The notes: a model not told the origin generated them from the sequence alone. Counted from the first letter of the stretch, positions 26,952 through 38,074 are shown. The stretch is 64,000 bases of DNA from an uncultured Paraglaciecola sp. (GCF_963977085.1 NZ_CAXBNC010000001.1:414054-478053), one strand, 5' to 3'. Translations and numbers: made by a program.

Positions 26952-29684
26952 CTAATGACTCAACTCATAGACAAATTCATCGTCTTTAGCACTGACTTCA
27001 ACCTTGCTAATTGGCTGACCTTCCAACATATGCGTCAAAAATTTATGACTCACTTCAGGTAGTAAAGTATTAGTGAGTATGGAGTCAATCATACGTCCAC
27101 CACTTTCTAGTTCCGTACAGCGACTGACTACCAAATCCACCACTGAGTCATCATAAACAAAGTCAATGCCTTGACCGCTTTCAACTCTTTTCTTAATTCT
27201 GTCAAGTTGCAGCTTAGTGATCGATTTAATCATGTCATCCGATAGTGGGTAGTAAGGAATAGTGACTATGCGACCGAGTAATGCGGCAGGAAAAACTTGT
27301 AATTGAGGTTCCCGTAACGCTTTGGCGATGCCGTCAGGCTCTGGCATGAGTTCTGGGTCTTTACACATATTCATGATCAATTCGCTACCTACATTTGAGG
27401 TAAGTAAAATCAAAGTGTTTTTAAAGTCGATCATGCGACCTTCACCGTCTTCCATTACACCTTTGTCAAAGACTTGGAAGAATATTTCATGTACATCTGA
27501 GTGCGCTTTTTCCACTTCATCAAGCAGTACCACTGAGTAAGGCTTACGACGCACGGCTTCAGTTAAGATACCCCCTTCGCCATAACCGACATAACCAGGA
27601 GGCGCACCTTTTAGAGTGGAAACGGTGTGCGCTTCTTGGAATTCACTCATGTTGATGGTGATAACGTTTTGTTCACCACCGTATAGAGCTTCTGCTAGGG
27701 CTAAGGCAGTTTCTGTTTTACCTGTGCCTGATGGCCCACATAACATAAACACACCTATGGGTTTATTGGGGTTATCTAGTCCGGCACGGGAGGTTTGAAT
27801 ACGTTTGGCGATCATTTCCATACCGTGGTCTTGGCCGATTACTCGCTGCTTCATAACATTGGCTAAGTTCAGTACGGTTTTAACTTCGTCGTTGACCATT
27901 TTACCTACTGGTACACCTGTCCAGTCGGCGACAACTGATGCAACGGCTTGTTCATCACAGGCGGGTAAAATTAACGGGGTTTCACCTTGTAGTTCGGCAA
28001 GTTGTTGATGTTGCTCGTCAAGTGCAGTTTTGGCTTCGGCGATTGCAGCTGAATTATCGACGGCTTCTACAGGAGTGCCATCATCATTTAGGGCTTCTTC
28101 TGCCACTTGTTGTTCTGATAGTTTTTGCTCGGTAATTAAATCACGCAAAGTTTTTCTGGCTGCGAGTACACCATCTACTACGGTTTTTTCAGATTGCCAT
28201 TTTTCAGTTAATGCTTGTTCTTTGCTGCGCTCTGCAACTAAACATTCCACTATTGCATCCATACGTTTTTGATTTACTACACCTATGGCCGCCTCTTTAT
28301 CGAGTAAGTTTTGTTCTACGGTGAGATTTTCTATGCGTTGTTTACAATCTTCTAATTCTGCCGGTGTGGCAAATTGACTGACGGCAACTCGTGCTGCAGC
28401 AGTATCTAATAAGCTCACTGCTTTGTCGGGTAACTGACGCGCAGGAATATAACGATGAGACAACTTAACCGAAGCTTCAATTGCTGCATCTAACATTTCA
28501 ACTTTATGGTGTTTTTCTAACATGCCAGCAATATTTCGCATCATCAAAATGGCTTTTTCTTCGCTTGGCTCATCCACTTTTACCACTTGGAAGCGACGAG
28601 TAAGCGCAGGATCTTTTTCAATGTGTTTTTTGTATTCAGCCCAAGTTGTGGCGCCTATAGTGCGTAATTCACCTCTGGCTAAAGCAGGTTTTAGTAAGTT
28701 AGCGGCATCACCGGTTCCGGCTGCACCACCAGCACCTACCAATGTGTGCGTTTCATCAATAAACATGATGATAGGCGTGGTCGAGGATTTTACTTCTTCG
28801 ATGACTTGTTTAAGACGATTTTCGAACTCGCCTTTCATGCTGGCACCGGCTTGTAATAAACCTATGTCTAAACAAAGTAGTTTTACCCCTTGTAAGGCGG
28901 GAGGCACATCCCCTTTGTTGATGCGATGAGCAAAACCTTCTACTACAGCTGTTTTACCTACACCGGCTTCTCCCGTCAAAATGGGGTTGTTTTGTCTACG
29001 GCGCATCAAGATATCGATGAGCTGTCTGATCTCCTCATCTCGGCCAATAATGGGATCTAGCTCACCTTTGGCGGCTTGCTCAGTTAAATCGGTAGTAAAT
29101 TGATTTAAAGCTTCTTGTTTTCCCATAGTAGCAGGTGACATTGCATCACTTGATGTGCCAGGTTCGCCCCCACCAACATGTGAACCGTCAGTGGCTTGGG
29201 TATTGTCTTCACAAGATCCCGACAGTATGTCTAATAATTCATCACCCAATTGTTCGACTTTAATTTTACCAAACTCAGCTGACATGTTGAGTAAGCTATT
29301 TTTTAGTTCGCGCGTTTTCAACATACCCAATACTACATAGCCCATTCTGACTTTTGTATCGCCGTATACCAAACTGCCATAAACCCAAGCGCGTTCGATT
29401 GAATCTTCGATTTTGCTGGATAAATCTGAAATGGAACTCGCACCTCTCGGCAAGGAATCTAATGTATTAGTCATGTCTTTAGCTAAAACTGAAGGGTCAA
29501 GATTAAAATGTTTAATAATTTTATGTAAATCAGAGTCTTGTAACTGCAAAATTTGTTGGAACCAATGTACTAACTCTACATAGGGGTTACCCCTGAGTTT
29601 ACAAAAGACAGTGGCACTTTCTACGGCTTTATAACCAATAGGATTAAGTTTACCAAAAAGATTGACGCGACTAATTTCAGCCAT
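26952..29684 (-). CDS. tssH: T6SS AAA+ ATPase ClpV
   Basis: MAEISR..LFGKLN N-terminus; Walker A motifs GEAGVGKT and GPSGTGKT; KGAPPGYVGY. Confidence 0.97.
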   Translation of the reverse strand: MAEISRVNLFGKLNPIGYKAVESATVFCKLRGNPYVELVHWFQQILQLQDSDLHKIIKHFNLDPSVLAKDMTNTLDSLPRGASSISDLSSKIEDSIERAWVYGSLVYGDTKVRMGYVVLGMLKTRELKNSLLNMSAEFGKIKVEQLGDELLDILSGSCEDNTQATDGSHVGGGEPGTSSDAMSPATMGKQEALNQFTTDLTEQAAKGELDPIIGRDEEIRQLIDILMRRRQNNPILTGEAGVGKTAVVEGFAHRINKGDVPPALQGVKLLCLDIGLLQAGASMKGEFENRLKQVIEEVKSSTTPIIMFIDETHTLVGAGGAAGTGDAANLLKPALARGELRTIGATTWAEYKKHIEKDPALTRRFQVVKVDEPSEEKAILMMRNIAGMLEKHHKVEMLDAAIEASVKLSHRYIPARQLPDKAVSLLDTAAARVAVSQFATPAELEDCKQRIENLTVEQNLLDKEAAIGVVNQKRMDAIVECLVAERSKEQALTEKWQSEKTVVDGVLAARKTLRDLITEQKLSEQQVAEEALNDDGTPVEAVDNSAAIAEAKTALDEQHQQLAELQGETPLILPACDEQAVASVVADWTGVPVGKMVNDEVKTVLNLANVMKQRVIGQDHGMEMIAKRIQTSRAGLDNPNKPIGVFMLCGPSGTGKTETALALAEALYGGEQNVITINMSEFQEAHTVSTLKGAPPGYVGYGEGGILTEAVRRKPYSVVLLDEVEKAHSDVHEIFFQVFDKGVMEDGEGRMIDFKNTLILLTSNVGSELIMNMCKDPELMPEPDGIAKALREPQLQVFPAALLGRIVTIPYYPLSDDMIKSITKLQLDRIKKRVESGQGIDFVYDDSVVDLVVSRCTELESGGRMIDSILTNTLLPEVSHKFLTHMLEGQPISKVEVSAKDDEFVYELSH

Positions 29685-29711
29685 AGTGTTTGCTCCCTTA
29701 TTTTGTAGTTA

Positions 29712-30728
29712 TTAACATGCTGTTTTATATACTAAAATGGGGTCATGTTGCGTTAAGTGACTAGACTTATCTTGACACCATGAATTAATACCGAGTTGTG
29801 CTGCCCCTAATTGACTCGGTTGAGTTTGATATGGTTTTAATAAGACATTAATAGTAAATTCATACTCTTGCCCTACCGCTTTCTGAGTAATAGCGATAAT
29901 ACTTTTGATACGTTGTTTGTTATTTAGCAAAGCGATGTATTGAGCGTAATCAATTGGCCCAATATTGATTGAAAAATTAAAACTACGTTGATAGGTCCGC
30001 TCCCCGACTATGCTATCCATACCAAGGGTGGAATTTTTACTACCTAGTCGGCTTTTCTCAGAAGGCTCAATATCATACCAACACCCCTCAAACTGAGCGA
30101 TTTGGACGTCGAGGTGTAAACTTTCCGACAACAACTGACTCAATACTTGACCACTTCGATTTTTTTGACTGAATAGCCCTGCCAAATACTGATGGATATT
30201 TTGACTCTGATTGAAGGAGCCTTGTTGTATATTCGTTTCACCAGAAAAAGTATTAATTCTTTGCTTAAAGATATCGCGTTCAGGTCTGTCATGGCTGACA
30301 CTTGGCTCTGCGTCTGCCCATGCCCTATAGAACAAGGAAATAAAGCGATGATGAAAAATATCTACAAATTCAGCAAGGGTTTTGTCTTTTAAGCGATAGT
30401 TTCTTTCAATTGCATATTCTGTAAGGTGATTAGGTAACGCTCCGTTTATTCCAAACATTCCCCAATAACTGTTTTTAAGTTTGTAAATGCCATTTATTGT
30501 GCCGAATCTCACCTCAGAAAACGCAGATGCGTGAAAATGTAATAAGGGAGTTTGGCCAAAACGTACACAGTCTTGTTTGGGTGAAACAGAATAGCCTATA
30601 CGCTCAGATAAGGGTGCGTTCGCATCGAGATAGCGCAATAGTGGGGCAAAATCTTGCTTGTAAAGCTCTTCAGAATTTTTAGATAAGTCTTCTAAATAGC
30701 GCTTTGCAAGCCGATTCGAATTGGCCAT
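29712..30728 (-). CDS. tssG: T6SS baseplate subunit TssG
   Basis: FGQ.P.L.F, G.FG.NGALP.HLTEY, F.DIFHHR.ISLFYRAW. Confidence 0.93.
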   Translation of the reverse strand: MANSNRLAKRYLEDLSKNSEELYKQDFAPLLRYLDANAPLSERIGYSVSPKQDCVRFGQTPLLHFHASAFSEVRFGTINGIYKLKNSYWGMFGINGALPNHLTEYAIERNYRLKDKTLAEFVDIFHHRFISLFYRAWADAEPSVSHDRPERDIFKQRINTFSGETNIQQGSFNQSQNIHQYLAGLFSQKNRSGQVLSQLLSESLHLDVQIAQFEGCWYDIEPSEKSRLGSKNSTLGMDSIVGERTYQRSFNFSINIGPIDYAQYIALLNNKQRIKSIIAITQKAVGQEYEFTINVLLKPYQTQPSQLGAAQLGINSWCQDKSSHLTQHDPILVYKTAC

Positions 30729-32563
30729 CGATGAATTTCCCCCCTATCAGATGTGTGTAAGACTAGCTGGGTAAATGAATTTATGCTGACATACTGCGCA
30801 AAAAATTGATCTAAAACCATGCCTAACATAAAGGTGCTGTTCCCCTCGTAAGCAAGCTCATCAACAGTAATTTCGATGGCTACTCCTCGACCAAAACATA
30901 TGGGCCCAGAAAACGGCAAGCGGCTGGTTATTTGGCGAGTTTTTAAGTCGATGATGCCGTCCACTTGTTTCATTTGTTCATGATCTTTTTTATCCATCAT
31001 TAGACCAAGTAACGTTTTTAGCTTAGTTAATGCAGAGACACTTTCATTATCGTTCACCCCTAAGAAGTTTATCGATAACTGATGAATTAAATCCCAAGAT
31101 AAATTCCCTTCGCTTAAGGGGGATGTCGGACGAGTGGGCTCACCAACACAGCGCACTGATTCGCATGGCGCGCCTGTTTCTATGGTGAAATCGGTTTTAC
31201 TCTTACCCAAAGGCATCATAAGAGGTAGGTCTCGATTACAACACATGGTGTCAATAGATAACTGTCTTAAGTTATCGGCTACTGGCGCATTCTTTGGGTC
31301 AACTAGCGAAAGGTATACTTCAGTCCCAATGTAGCTGGACCTATGACCAAATTTTCTTTGATTGATATTGAGATTTCGGGCATCTCTGATTAACGTATAA
31401 TATGCATTGCGGTTATTCTTTTGACTTTCATCAGAACCGTATAACGGCAAAAAGTCCGTACTCGACTCTATCCCTGAACTAAAGCCTTTTACGCTGCTAA
31501 TTGAACACACTTCAAAGTCTAGCGGGCGTAATTTATCTGGGACGACATGAAACTCACTGGTTAACTTTGATACGTTGATACGTTCGGCGCGTTTAGGAAA
31601 TAAGTTAATAGCAGGTGCACAATGAAGTGCAAAGTTTTCCGCTGAGACTAAATTTTCTAAACGATTGTCATTATGATCAAGTAACAACAGCAATTGTAAC
31701 TTGTCCGAATTACATTGGTGGATTGTTGAATGAAGATTATCTAAAGACAAAAACAAGAATCGTTTTGTAAAGGCAAAATATTCTCTTAGCAACCGAAAAC
31801 CATCAAATTGACGATTACAAAAAGGCAATAAAGCATCGTTCTTGTCATAACCATGAGGAGTTACCTGAGTATTCGCTTCTTGATATCGCCAAAGTTTGTC
31901 ACCACTTCTATACAAACATCCCTGATACCCTTTATATATCGCTTCAAACAAATAAAGTGGAAAAGATTCTGTCCCCCGTAAATGCAACATTAAAGAGTCC
32001 AGAGATATCTCTGAAAACTTAATCCCTGGCGCACTTTCTAAAGTGATCATTACGGCACTCTTTGGTGCGGACTTTAGGGATAACTTTGTGGTATACGAAG
32101 CCAATTCCTGAGCATTAATATAGTCTGCTTTTGTCAGTTTAATTGGCCATAAAGTCACGTCACTCGAAGTTCGATATTCACAAGACGTTTGCTCACCTTT
32201 ACTCAACAAACTATGTAATGCAGTTTGCCGAGGGATAGTGACGCCCTCGGTTAACGTTCCTTCATCTAAATCTGGATTAAATTGAGCAATCAACATAGAC
32301 GGAGAAGGTTGCAGAAAGGTAGGAAACAAAAGCTCTGTTAAATGCTGAGTAAACTTAGGAAACGAAGCATCGAGTTTTAAATGAATGCGTGCAGAAAGAA
32401 AGGCGAACCCTTCTAATAAACGCTCAACGTAAGGATCTGAGCAATCGAACCCTTCAAGACCTAAACGACCAGCAATTTTGGGATATTCTTTAGCGAACTC
32501 CGACCCCGTTTCTCTAATGAACTTCAATTCCTGATTATAAAATTCTAAGAATTTGGCATCCAT
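30692..32563 (-). CDS. tssF: T6SS baseplate subunit TssF
   Basis: YNQEL.FIRE.G.EFA.EYPKIAGRL, DPYVERLLEGFAFL, LLREYFAF, LHC.PAINLFP. Confidence 0.96.
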   Translation of the reverse strand: MDAKFLEFYNQELKFIRETGSEFAKEYPKIAGRLGLEGFDCSDPYVERLLEGFAFLSARIHLKLDASFPKFTQHLTELLFPTFLQPSPSMLIAQFNPDLDEGTLTEGVTIPRQTALHSLLSKGEQTSCEYRTSSDVTLWPIKLTKADYINAQELASYTTKLSLKSAPKSAVMITLESAPGIKFSEISLDSLMLHLRGTESFPLYLFEAIYKGYQGCLYRSGDKLWRYQEANTQVTPHGYDKNDALLPFCNRQFDGFRLLREYFAFTKRFLFLSLDNLHSTIHQCNSDKLQLLLLLDHNDNRLENLVSAENFALHCAPAINLFPKRAERINVSKLTSEFHVVPDKLRPLDFEVCSISSVKGFSSGIESSTDFLPLYGSDESQKNNRNAYYTLIRDARNLNINQRKFGHRSSYIGTEVYLSLVDPKNAPVADNLRQLSIDTMCCNRDLPLMMPLGKSKTDFTIETGAPCESVRCVGEPTRPTSPLSEGNLSWDLIHQLSINFLGVNDNESVSALTKLKTLLGLMMDKKDHEQMKQVDGIIDLKTRQITSRLPFSGPICFGRGVAIEITVDELAYEGNSTFMLGMVLDQFFAQYVSINSFTQLVLHTSDRGEIHRWPIRIGLQSAI

Positions 32564-32569
32564 TTTCTA

Positions 32570-33070
32570 TTACTTCCAACTATTTATTTGTACTGTACCG
32601 TTTTCGATATCTACTTCTGTCTTTAAAAACAATTGTAGGGGGAGCGGTTGAGCCCACAGGTCACCTGAAATTTCGAAGGACAAGGTGTTGTTACTCATTT
32701 CTTGCTTTGCTAAGGAGATCTTTATTTTTAAAGTTCTAGGGATTATTCGCGGTTCAAAATTCTTGATACATCTAACCAACTCTCTCTCAATATGTTTGGC
32801 ACTGAGACTCATAGAGGTGGCACCTGATAAATCAAGAATACCGTAATTAAAGGTAGACTTGGCCACTTCAGGGTAATCTGTCAAATCAAAATTAGCGGAC
32901 GCTGCAACACAATTTAGCAACCAGGCTAAATCTCTTTGCACCAATTGCTTTAATCGAGAGACAGAAATAACGCGCTTATCTCTTGCTTCTGACAATTTTT
33001 CGGGTTCATCGTCTGACAAACGGTCAAGCAATGATAATTGTAAGCGTTCTTTTTGAGAAAGTTCCGGCAT
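32570..33070 (-). CDS. tssE: T6SS baseplate subunit TssE (gp25-like)
   Basis: SLLDRL, VQRDLAWLLN, NYGI.D, FEPRI. Confidence 0.93.
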   Translation of the reverse strand: MPELSQKERLQLSLLDRLSDDEPEKLSEARDKRVISVSRLKQLVQRDLAWLLNCVAASANFDLTDYPEVAKSTFNYGILDLSGATSMSLSAKHIERELVRCIKNFEPRIIPRTLKIKISLAKQEMSNNTLSFEISGDLWAQPLPLQLFLKTEVDIENGTVQINSWK

Positions 33071-33858
33071 TATTCGTGAATAAACTTAATGGAATTAATA
33101 TTAAGTAATGGGTACTCTTCCTTATCGGAGATAAATACCCTCTGACCGCTACCGACATAAAAGTCTTCAATAGGTTCATGCCAATCGCATGTTCTGGCAA
33201 GTAACTGAGGGTCAGTTGTTTCAGACGTAATAGGATAACGTACCGGTATAAACACGATAAGTTTACCTTTGTTTTTCAATGTTAAATTAGCAGCACGCCA
33301 TACGAGGTCACGCAAATCATCTACTGGTTCAAACTCTAACTCTGAAATATACTCGAGCGGCAACCAGTAATATCCACCATTTAACATCACTTCAATAGCA
33401 GGGCCAAACCTTACATCTGCATCACTCAACCACTCAAAAGGTTGATCATCAACTGTTCCTTTGACCAAAGGTGCGAGTTCAGCGCCTTGTTGAATTAATT
33501 GTTTAGCCTGGGCAATTTCATTAGAACAATAATGTTTATAGGCATTTACATAGCAACCAAGCCAATCTGATGGTTCACCGAAACAAATAGGCTCAAGTTC
33601 TCCAGATAGTACTTTTTCACGCCTCATCTCACATTCAATTAATTGTGTGTAGGTATTAACCATGGCTAATGTTGAGTCGGATAGGTCTTTTAGTACATCA
33701 AGCTGAGTAATGGCTCTTTGCCAATCGCGATTAATGCACGACAATTGAAACAAAAATATGCGTAATTGTAAGTTACTTGGATCTTTTTTAATCTCATTGA
33801 ATAGCTGGATTTTGCACGCAGCCAAGTCTCCAGATTTTAGTAGGCTTTCTGCATTCAT
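33070..33858 (-). CDS. tagJ: T6SS accessory protein TagJ (ImpE/SciE/HsiE1)
   Basis: LRIFLFQL.C...W.RA..QL, R..V..G...P, W..DAD.RFGP..E, DLRDLVW, P.RYP. Confidence 0.92.
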   Translation of the reverse strand: MNAESLLKSGDLAACKIQLFNEIKKDPSNLQLRIFLFQLSCINRDWQRAITQLDVLKDLSDSTLAMVNTYTQLIECEMRREKVLSGELEPICFGEPSDWLGCYVNAYKHYCSNEIAQAKQLIQQGAELAPLVKGTVDDQPFEWLSDADVRFGPAIEVMLNGGYYWLPLEYISELEFEPVDDLRDLVWRAANLTLKNKGKLIVFIPVRYPITSETTDPQLLARTCDWHEPIEDFYVGSGQRVFISDKEEYPLLNINSIKFIHE

Positions 33859-33923
33859 TTTTATTCTTCTTATAGTTCAGAGCGTAAGTTTGGCTACTCT
33901 TTGACAAGAGTAGCCAATTGCGA

Positions 33924-34412
33924 TTACAACGTTTTGTTTGCAGCAATATCGTATGCAAATTCCGGCTGTTTACCAGCTTTTCCTGATGGAAGTTGTTCCG
34001 AGTAAACAATTTTATATTGACTGAAATTCAAACTAACATTTTCAGTCAATCGATCCTCACCACCTGAACCGCCAGTGGATACAGAAGTTACGATGATATC
34101 TTTCATTTCAATTGTTATGTACTCTAATTGTTCACCACCCGCTTTACGAACAGTTAACTTACCAGTAGGAATATGGTCACCTTTAGTACATTTTTGTATT
34201 AATACCGGCGACGCTAGATCCACATATTTAGTAATTGAAAGATCTTGCACATTTACTTTACCAGCACCACTACCAGACCCTAAATGCGTAGTTCCACTTT
34301 GAGATATTCCCCAGCTATAAGCGAGAAGGTCCATGGCATCCTTTGCGCTCATCTTGTCATCTTGGGTTTCACCTGCAATTTTTTCTAACTCTAAAAACAT
34401 ATCTACAGCCAT
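33924..34412 (-). CDS. hcp: T6SS tube protein Hcp
   Basis: MAVDMFL....I.GE..D, SWG.SQSG, GKVNVQDLS.TKYVD.ASP, E.VSLNF. Confidence 0.96.
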   Translation of the reverse strand: MAVDMFLELEKIAGETQDDKMSAKDAMDLLAYSWGISQSGTTHLGSGSGAGKVNVQDLSITKYVDLASPVLIQKCTKGDHIPTGKLTVRKAGGEQLEYITIEMKDIIVTSVSTGGSGGEDRLTENVSLNFSQYKIVYSEQLPSGKAGKQPEFAYDIAANKTL

Positions 34413-34448
34413 AATAACTCTCCTTTGATTTAACTATTTAAATTTAGT

Positions 34449-35942
34449 TTACTGTTTTGCAGAAGGCAATTTAGACACCAAACGCAACGATGCTGTCAAA
34501 CCTTCTAATTGATAATGTGGCCTTAGGAAAAACTTGGCACTGTAATATCCTGGGCTACCTTCTACTTCTTCTACTACAACTTCAGCTCCTGCTAATGGTT
34601 TACGTGCTTTAGTTTCTTCTGTTGAATTCTGTGGATCTCCATCAACATAATTATTAACCCAGCTTTGTAACCAACTTTCCATGTCATCACGTTCTTTAAA
34701 CGAACCTACTTTGTCTCTTACAATACATTTCAGATAATGTGCAAAACGACAGGTCGCAAATAAATAAGGTAAGCGTGCGGCTAGAGCAGCATTTGCTGTT
34801 GCATCAGGATCATCGTACTCGGCAGTCTTTTGCAATGATTGCGCGCCAATAAATGCTGCCATGTCACTATTCTTACGATGAATAAGTGGCATTAATCCAC
34901 AAGCTGAAAGCTCCGCTTCACGACGATCGCTAATGGCGACTTCGGTCGGGCACTTCATGTCAACACCGCCATCATCACTTGGGAATGTATGCACTGGTAA
35001 ACCTTGTACATCACCACCAGATTCAATACCACGGATACGCGAACACCATCCATATTCTTTAAATGAACGGTTAATGTTTACAGCCATCGAATAGGCAGCA
35101 TTGGTCCATGCATATTTTGATGAATCAGGTCCACTTGTGTCTTCTTCAAAATCAAATTCTTCCACGGGATCTGTTTTGTCGCCATAAGGTAGGCGTGACA
35201 AAACTCTTGGCATGGTGAGTGAAATATACTTAGCATCTTCAGTTTCACGCAAAGATCTGAATGAAGCAAAGTCAGGTGTTGAAAATACTTTGGTCAAATC
35301 TCGAGGATTACTTAACTCATTCCAGTCATCTAGTTGTAATAAACCAGGGGCCGCGGCCGTTATAAAGGGAGAATGTGATGCAGCACACACTTTTGACATA
35401 TTGGTAAGTAAGTTGACATCAGCCGGACTATTGTCAAAATAATAGTCTCCTACAATTGCACCAAAGGGTTCGCCACCAAACTGGCCATACTCTTCTTCAT
35501 AAAACTTCTTGAATATTGGACTTTGATCCCAAGCTGTACCTGCAAATTTCTTAAGGTTCTTGCCAAGCTCTTTTTTAGAAATATTAAAAACGCGTACTTT
35601 GAGGAATTCGTCAGTTTCAGTGTTATTGACTAAGTAATGCAAGCCTCTCCACGTGCCTTCCAATGCTTGGTAATCTTCATGATGTAAAATAAGATTGACT
35701 TGCGCTGTTAGCTTTTTGTCAATTTCAGCAATGATTGCTTCAATGGAATGAACAGTATCTTCAGAAATGATGTTTGCATCTGCAAGTGCATAACCAGCAA
35801 GGGTATTAACTGCTTTTTCGACTTCTGTTTTTGCATGATCAGATTTGGGTTTAAATTCTTTTTGTAATAACGACGCAAAACTGTCGGTATCAAGATCAGC
35901 AAATGCGGTTTCTTCTGTTTGTGTTGCTTCTTGTTCAGCCAC
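34449..35942 (-). CDS. tssC: T6SS contractile sheath large subunit TssC
   Basis: EEYGQFGGEP, RLPYG, KCPTEVAISDRREAELS, RLPYLF..CRFAHYLK, PHYQLEGL; GTG start. Confidence 0.97.
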   Translation of the reverse strand: MAEQEATQTEETAFADLDTDSFASLLQKEFKPKSDHAKTEVEKAVNTLAGYALADANIISEDTVHSIEAIIAEIDKKLTAQVNLILHHEDYQALEGTWRGLHYLVNNTETDEFLKVRVFNISKKELGKNLKKFAGTAWDQSPIFKKFYEEEYGQFGGEPFGAIVGDYYFDNSPADVNLLTNMSKVCAASHSPFITAAAPGLLQLDDWNELSNPRDLTKVFSTPDFASFRSLRETEDAKYISLTMPRVLSRLPYGDKTDPVEEFDFEEDTSGPDSSKYAWTNAAYSMAVNINRSFKEYGWCSRIRGIESGGDVQGLPVHTFPSDDGGVDMKCPTEVAISDRREAELSACGLMPLIHRKNSDMAAFIGAQSLQKTAEYDDPDATANAALAARLPYLFATCRFAHYLKCIVRDKVGSFKERDDMESWLQSWVNNYVDGDPQNSTEETKARKPLAGAEVVVEEVEGSPGYYSAKFFLRPHYQLEGLTASLRLVSKLPSAKQ

Positions 35943-35945
35943 TTT

Positions 35946-36452
35946 TTATTCCTCCCCACTTTCTTCTTGTTTAGGTGCTGCACTTAGCGTTGCTAATAAA
36001 GTTGGATCAGCTAGAGCTTTAGCAATTAATTGCTCAGCGCCTTCTTTTCCGTCCATATAGGTCACTAAATTAGATAGCTGTGTTCTTGCTTCAAGCAATT
36101 GCTTAAGACCATCAGTTTTTTTGGCAATCGCAGCAGGCGTAAAATCATCCATGCTTTCAAAAGTCATTTCTACCGGTAGGTTTCCTTCGCCGGTTAGGGT
36201 ATTAGGCACACTTAGCTGTACTCTGGGCTTCGAGGCTTTTAATCTATCGTCGAAATTATCAACATCAATTTCTAATATTTTTCGTTCAGACAACGGCGCT
36301 AAAGGTTCTGCAGGATTACCACTTAAATCTGCCATTACACCCATTACAAAAGGTATCTGTACTTTTTTCTCAGCACCATATAGTTCTACGTCATAATCGA
36401 TTTGTACTCTCGGCGCTCTATTACGCCCTATAAATTTTTGACCACTAGACAC
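35946..36452 (-). CDS. tssB: T6SS contractile sheath small subunit TssB
   Basis: SGQKFI.RNRAPRVQI.YDVE.YGAEKKV..PFVMGV.ADLSG. Confidence 0.97.
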   Translation of the reverse strand: MSSGQKFIGRNRAPRVQIDYDVELYGAEKKVQIPFVMGVMADLSGNPAEPLAPLSERKILEIDVDNFDDRLKASKPRVQLSVPNTLTGEGNLPVEMTFESMDDFTPAAIAKKTDGLKQLLEARTQLSNLVTYMDGKEGAEQLIAKALADPTLLATLSAAPKQEESGEE

Positions 36453-36524
36453 GTTATTTCTCCTATTATGAAAGTAATTAGCTGGTTAATTCTGCAAGCC
36501 AATGTCGTTTTTATATTTTTTTAT

Positions 36525-37631
36525 TTACCAAGAACTACCTGACGAACTTGAACTTTCATCAGTATTTACATCGGGTTCAGAGTCGGAAATACCTCCCAGT
36601 TTTTGAACTTGCTCTAGTGCATCAGGAAAAATATCTTTCACTATGTCTAGGAAATCAGAGTTAACAAGTTTCTTTGCTCGACCTATTAAAATTGGCACTG
36701 GGCTGGATGGTTCACATTCTTGGTAATAGCTAAGTATCAAACCAAAACATCTCTCTACATCATTACGTGAGGCTAATTTCATATCAGTTGCAAAATTAAA
36801 GGAAGTGGCTGTGGCAGTATTGGTAGTTGCTGAGTTAGCATTTTGTTGCTCTGATTCTGAAGCATCAGCTCCTTCATCCGTTTGAGTAACAACCTCAAGA
36901 CGAAGATCTCCATATTTTTTCAGTGAATTAGAAAGGTCAGTTAAAACATTAACGATAGCGTCAAAGTTAACATTGTATTCATTTCCTGCTTGTTCAATAA
37001 AAGCTTTGTTTATCTCGTTTAGATGGGTAATACATTGATTAACAACAGTGTAGGTCGCAGTGTTTTGTTCGGTGTCGGATTCTTTAAATATTCCAATAAT
37101 TTGTGGGAGTTCCAAGTCACCTTCATTTTTAGAACCACCAGGGCTAACCGCCCGATCAATTTTCTGTAGAGTGACATTGCCTAAAACCTTAGAGTGGGCA
37201 ATAGGTAGTTGACGTATAACGTTAATGACAAAGTCTTTATCAGAAAGATGTCCGAGTGCCGATATTCGCTCAAGAGGATCGCCGTCATCTTCGTCTAGTG
37301 CAGGAAATAATTCTTGCCAATGTTCTTTAACCTGATGAGACAAACCATTTAGGCATTGTTCGAATTTGTAAAGCCCTTCAGTATTTAATACGGCCTGTGC
37401 AAGTACACTGATCAATTTTAGATCTCGTGTCTTGGCTAAGTACTCAATTGCTTGCTTTTTTACCGTTCGCCACTCAGGGGGTTCTGCAGGAATGGTGGAT
37501 TGACCATCAAATCGCTCAGGAGTGCCTTGCGACTCAAAGAAGAAGTTTTGAAATCCGGAGTCGTCCTCAAGATTAATTCCGCACACAGAATCACCCGGAA
37601 TGTCGGAGATAATATCTTGATCGTAATCCAT
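36525..37631 (-). CDS. tssA: T6SS TssA (ImpA N-terminal domain, short TssA1-like form)
   Basis: CG.NLE.D, P.W..V, TRDL, W..LFP.LD.DD, C-terminal SR.DV...Y...EPSSPVP.L..RA..L. Confidence 0.92.
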   Translation of the reverse strand: MDYDQDIISDIPGDSVCGINLEDDSGFQNFFFESQGTPERFDGQSTIPAEPPEWRTVKKQAIEYLAKTRDLKLISVLAQAVLNTEGLYKFEQCLNGLSHQVKEHWQELFPALDEDDGDPLERISALGHLSDKDFVINVIRQLPIAHSKVLGNVTLQKIDRAVSPGGSKNEGDLELPQIIGIFKESDTEQNTATYTVVNQCITHLNEINKAFIEQAGNEYNVNFDAIVNVLTDLSNSLKKYGDLRLEVVTQTDEGADASESEQQNANSATTNTATATSFNFATDMKLASRNDVERCFGLILSYYQECEPSSPVPILIGRAKKLVNSDFLDIVKDIFPDALEQVQKLGGISDSEPDVNTDESSSSSGSSW

Positions 37632-38074
37632 CTAGCACTTTCCTTAGACTGTTCTGATTCTCACTCATACAAATCTAATACAAATAAAGATGAATGCAAA
37701 GTTAAATTTTTCTGACTGAATTTTCACGTTATTTATTCGATAAGGTAAAACACTATTTAGCTGTAATATCGGAGGCTATCAAGGTGTGTAGGTTGACCTT
37801 CTACTTACTTATTTTGCAAAGAAGTGTAGGATTGGTTGATTAATTATTATCATGAAGTCGCATAATAATTTGACTATGCTTTATATTCTGGTTATGTATT
37901 TCAAAATTGAAAACCTAGCTTTTTATTAAGTGCCATTGTTTAGATAATCATGCATTTGTTAAATAGTGACAAAAGGCACTTATCATAAGTACACCAGATT
38001 AAGAGAAAATTATCACAATCAAGGCGTATAGTTAGCGCAAAGAAAACCACAACATTTGTGGCAACTTACAGGAA

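Noticed and set aside
37632-38074. Sigma54 promoters for the T6SS operons
   Set aside because: TGGCAC/AGGCAC -24-like hexamers are present, but neither has a TTGC -12 element at the right spacing, and no enhancer-binding protein is encoded in the window.
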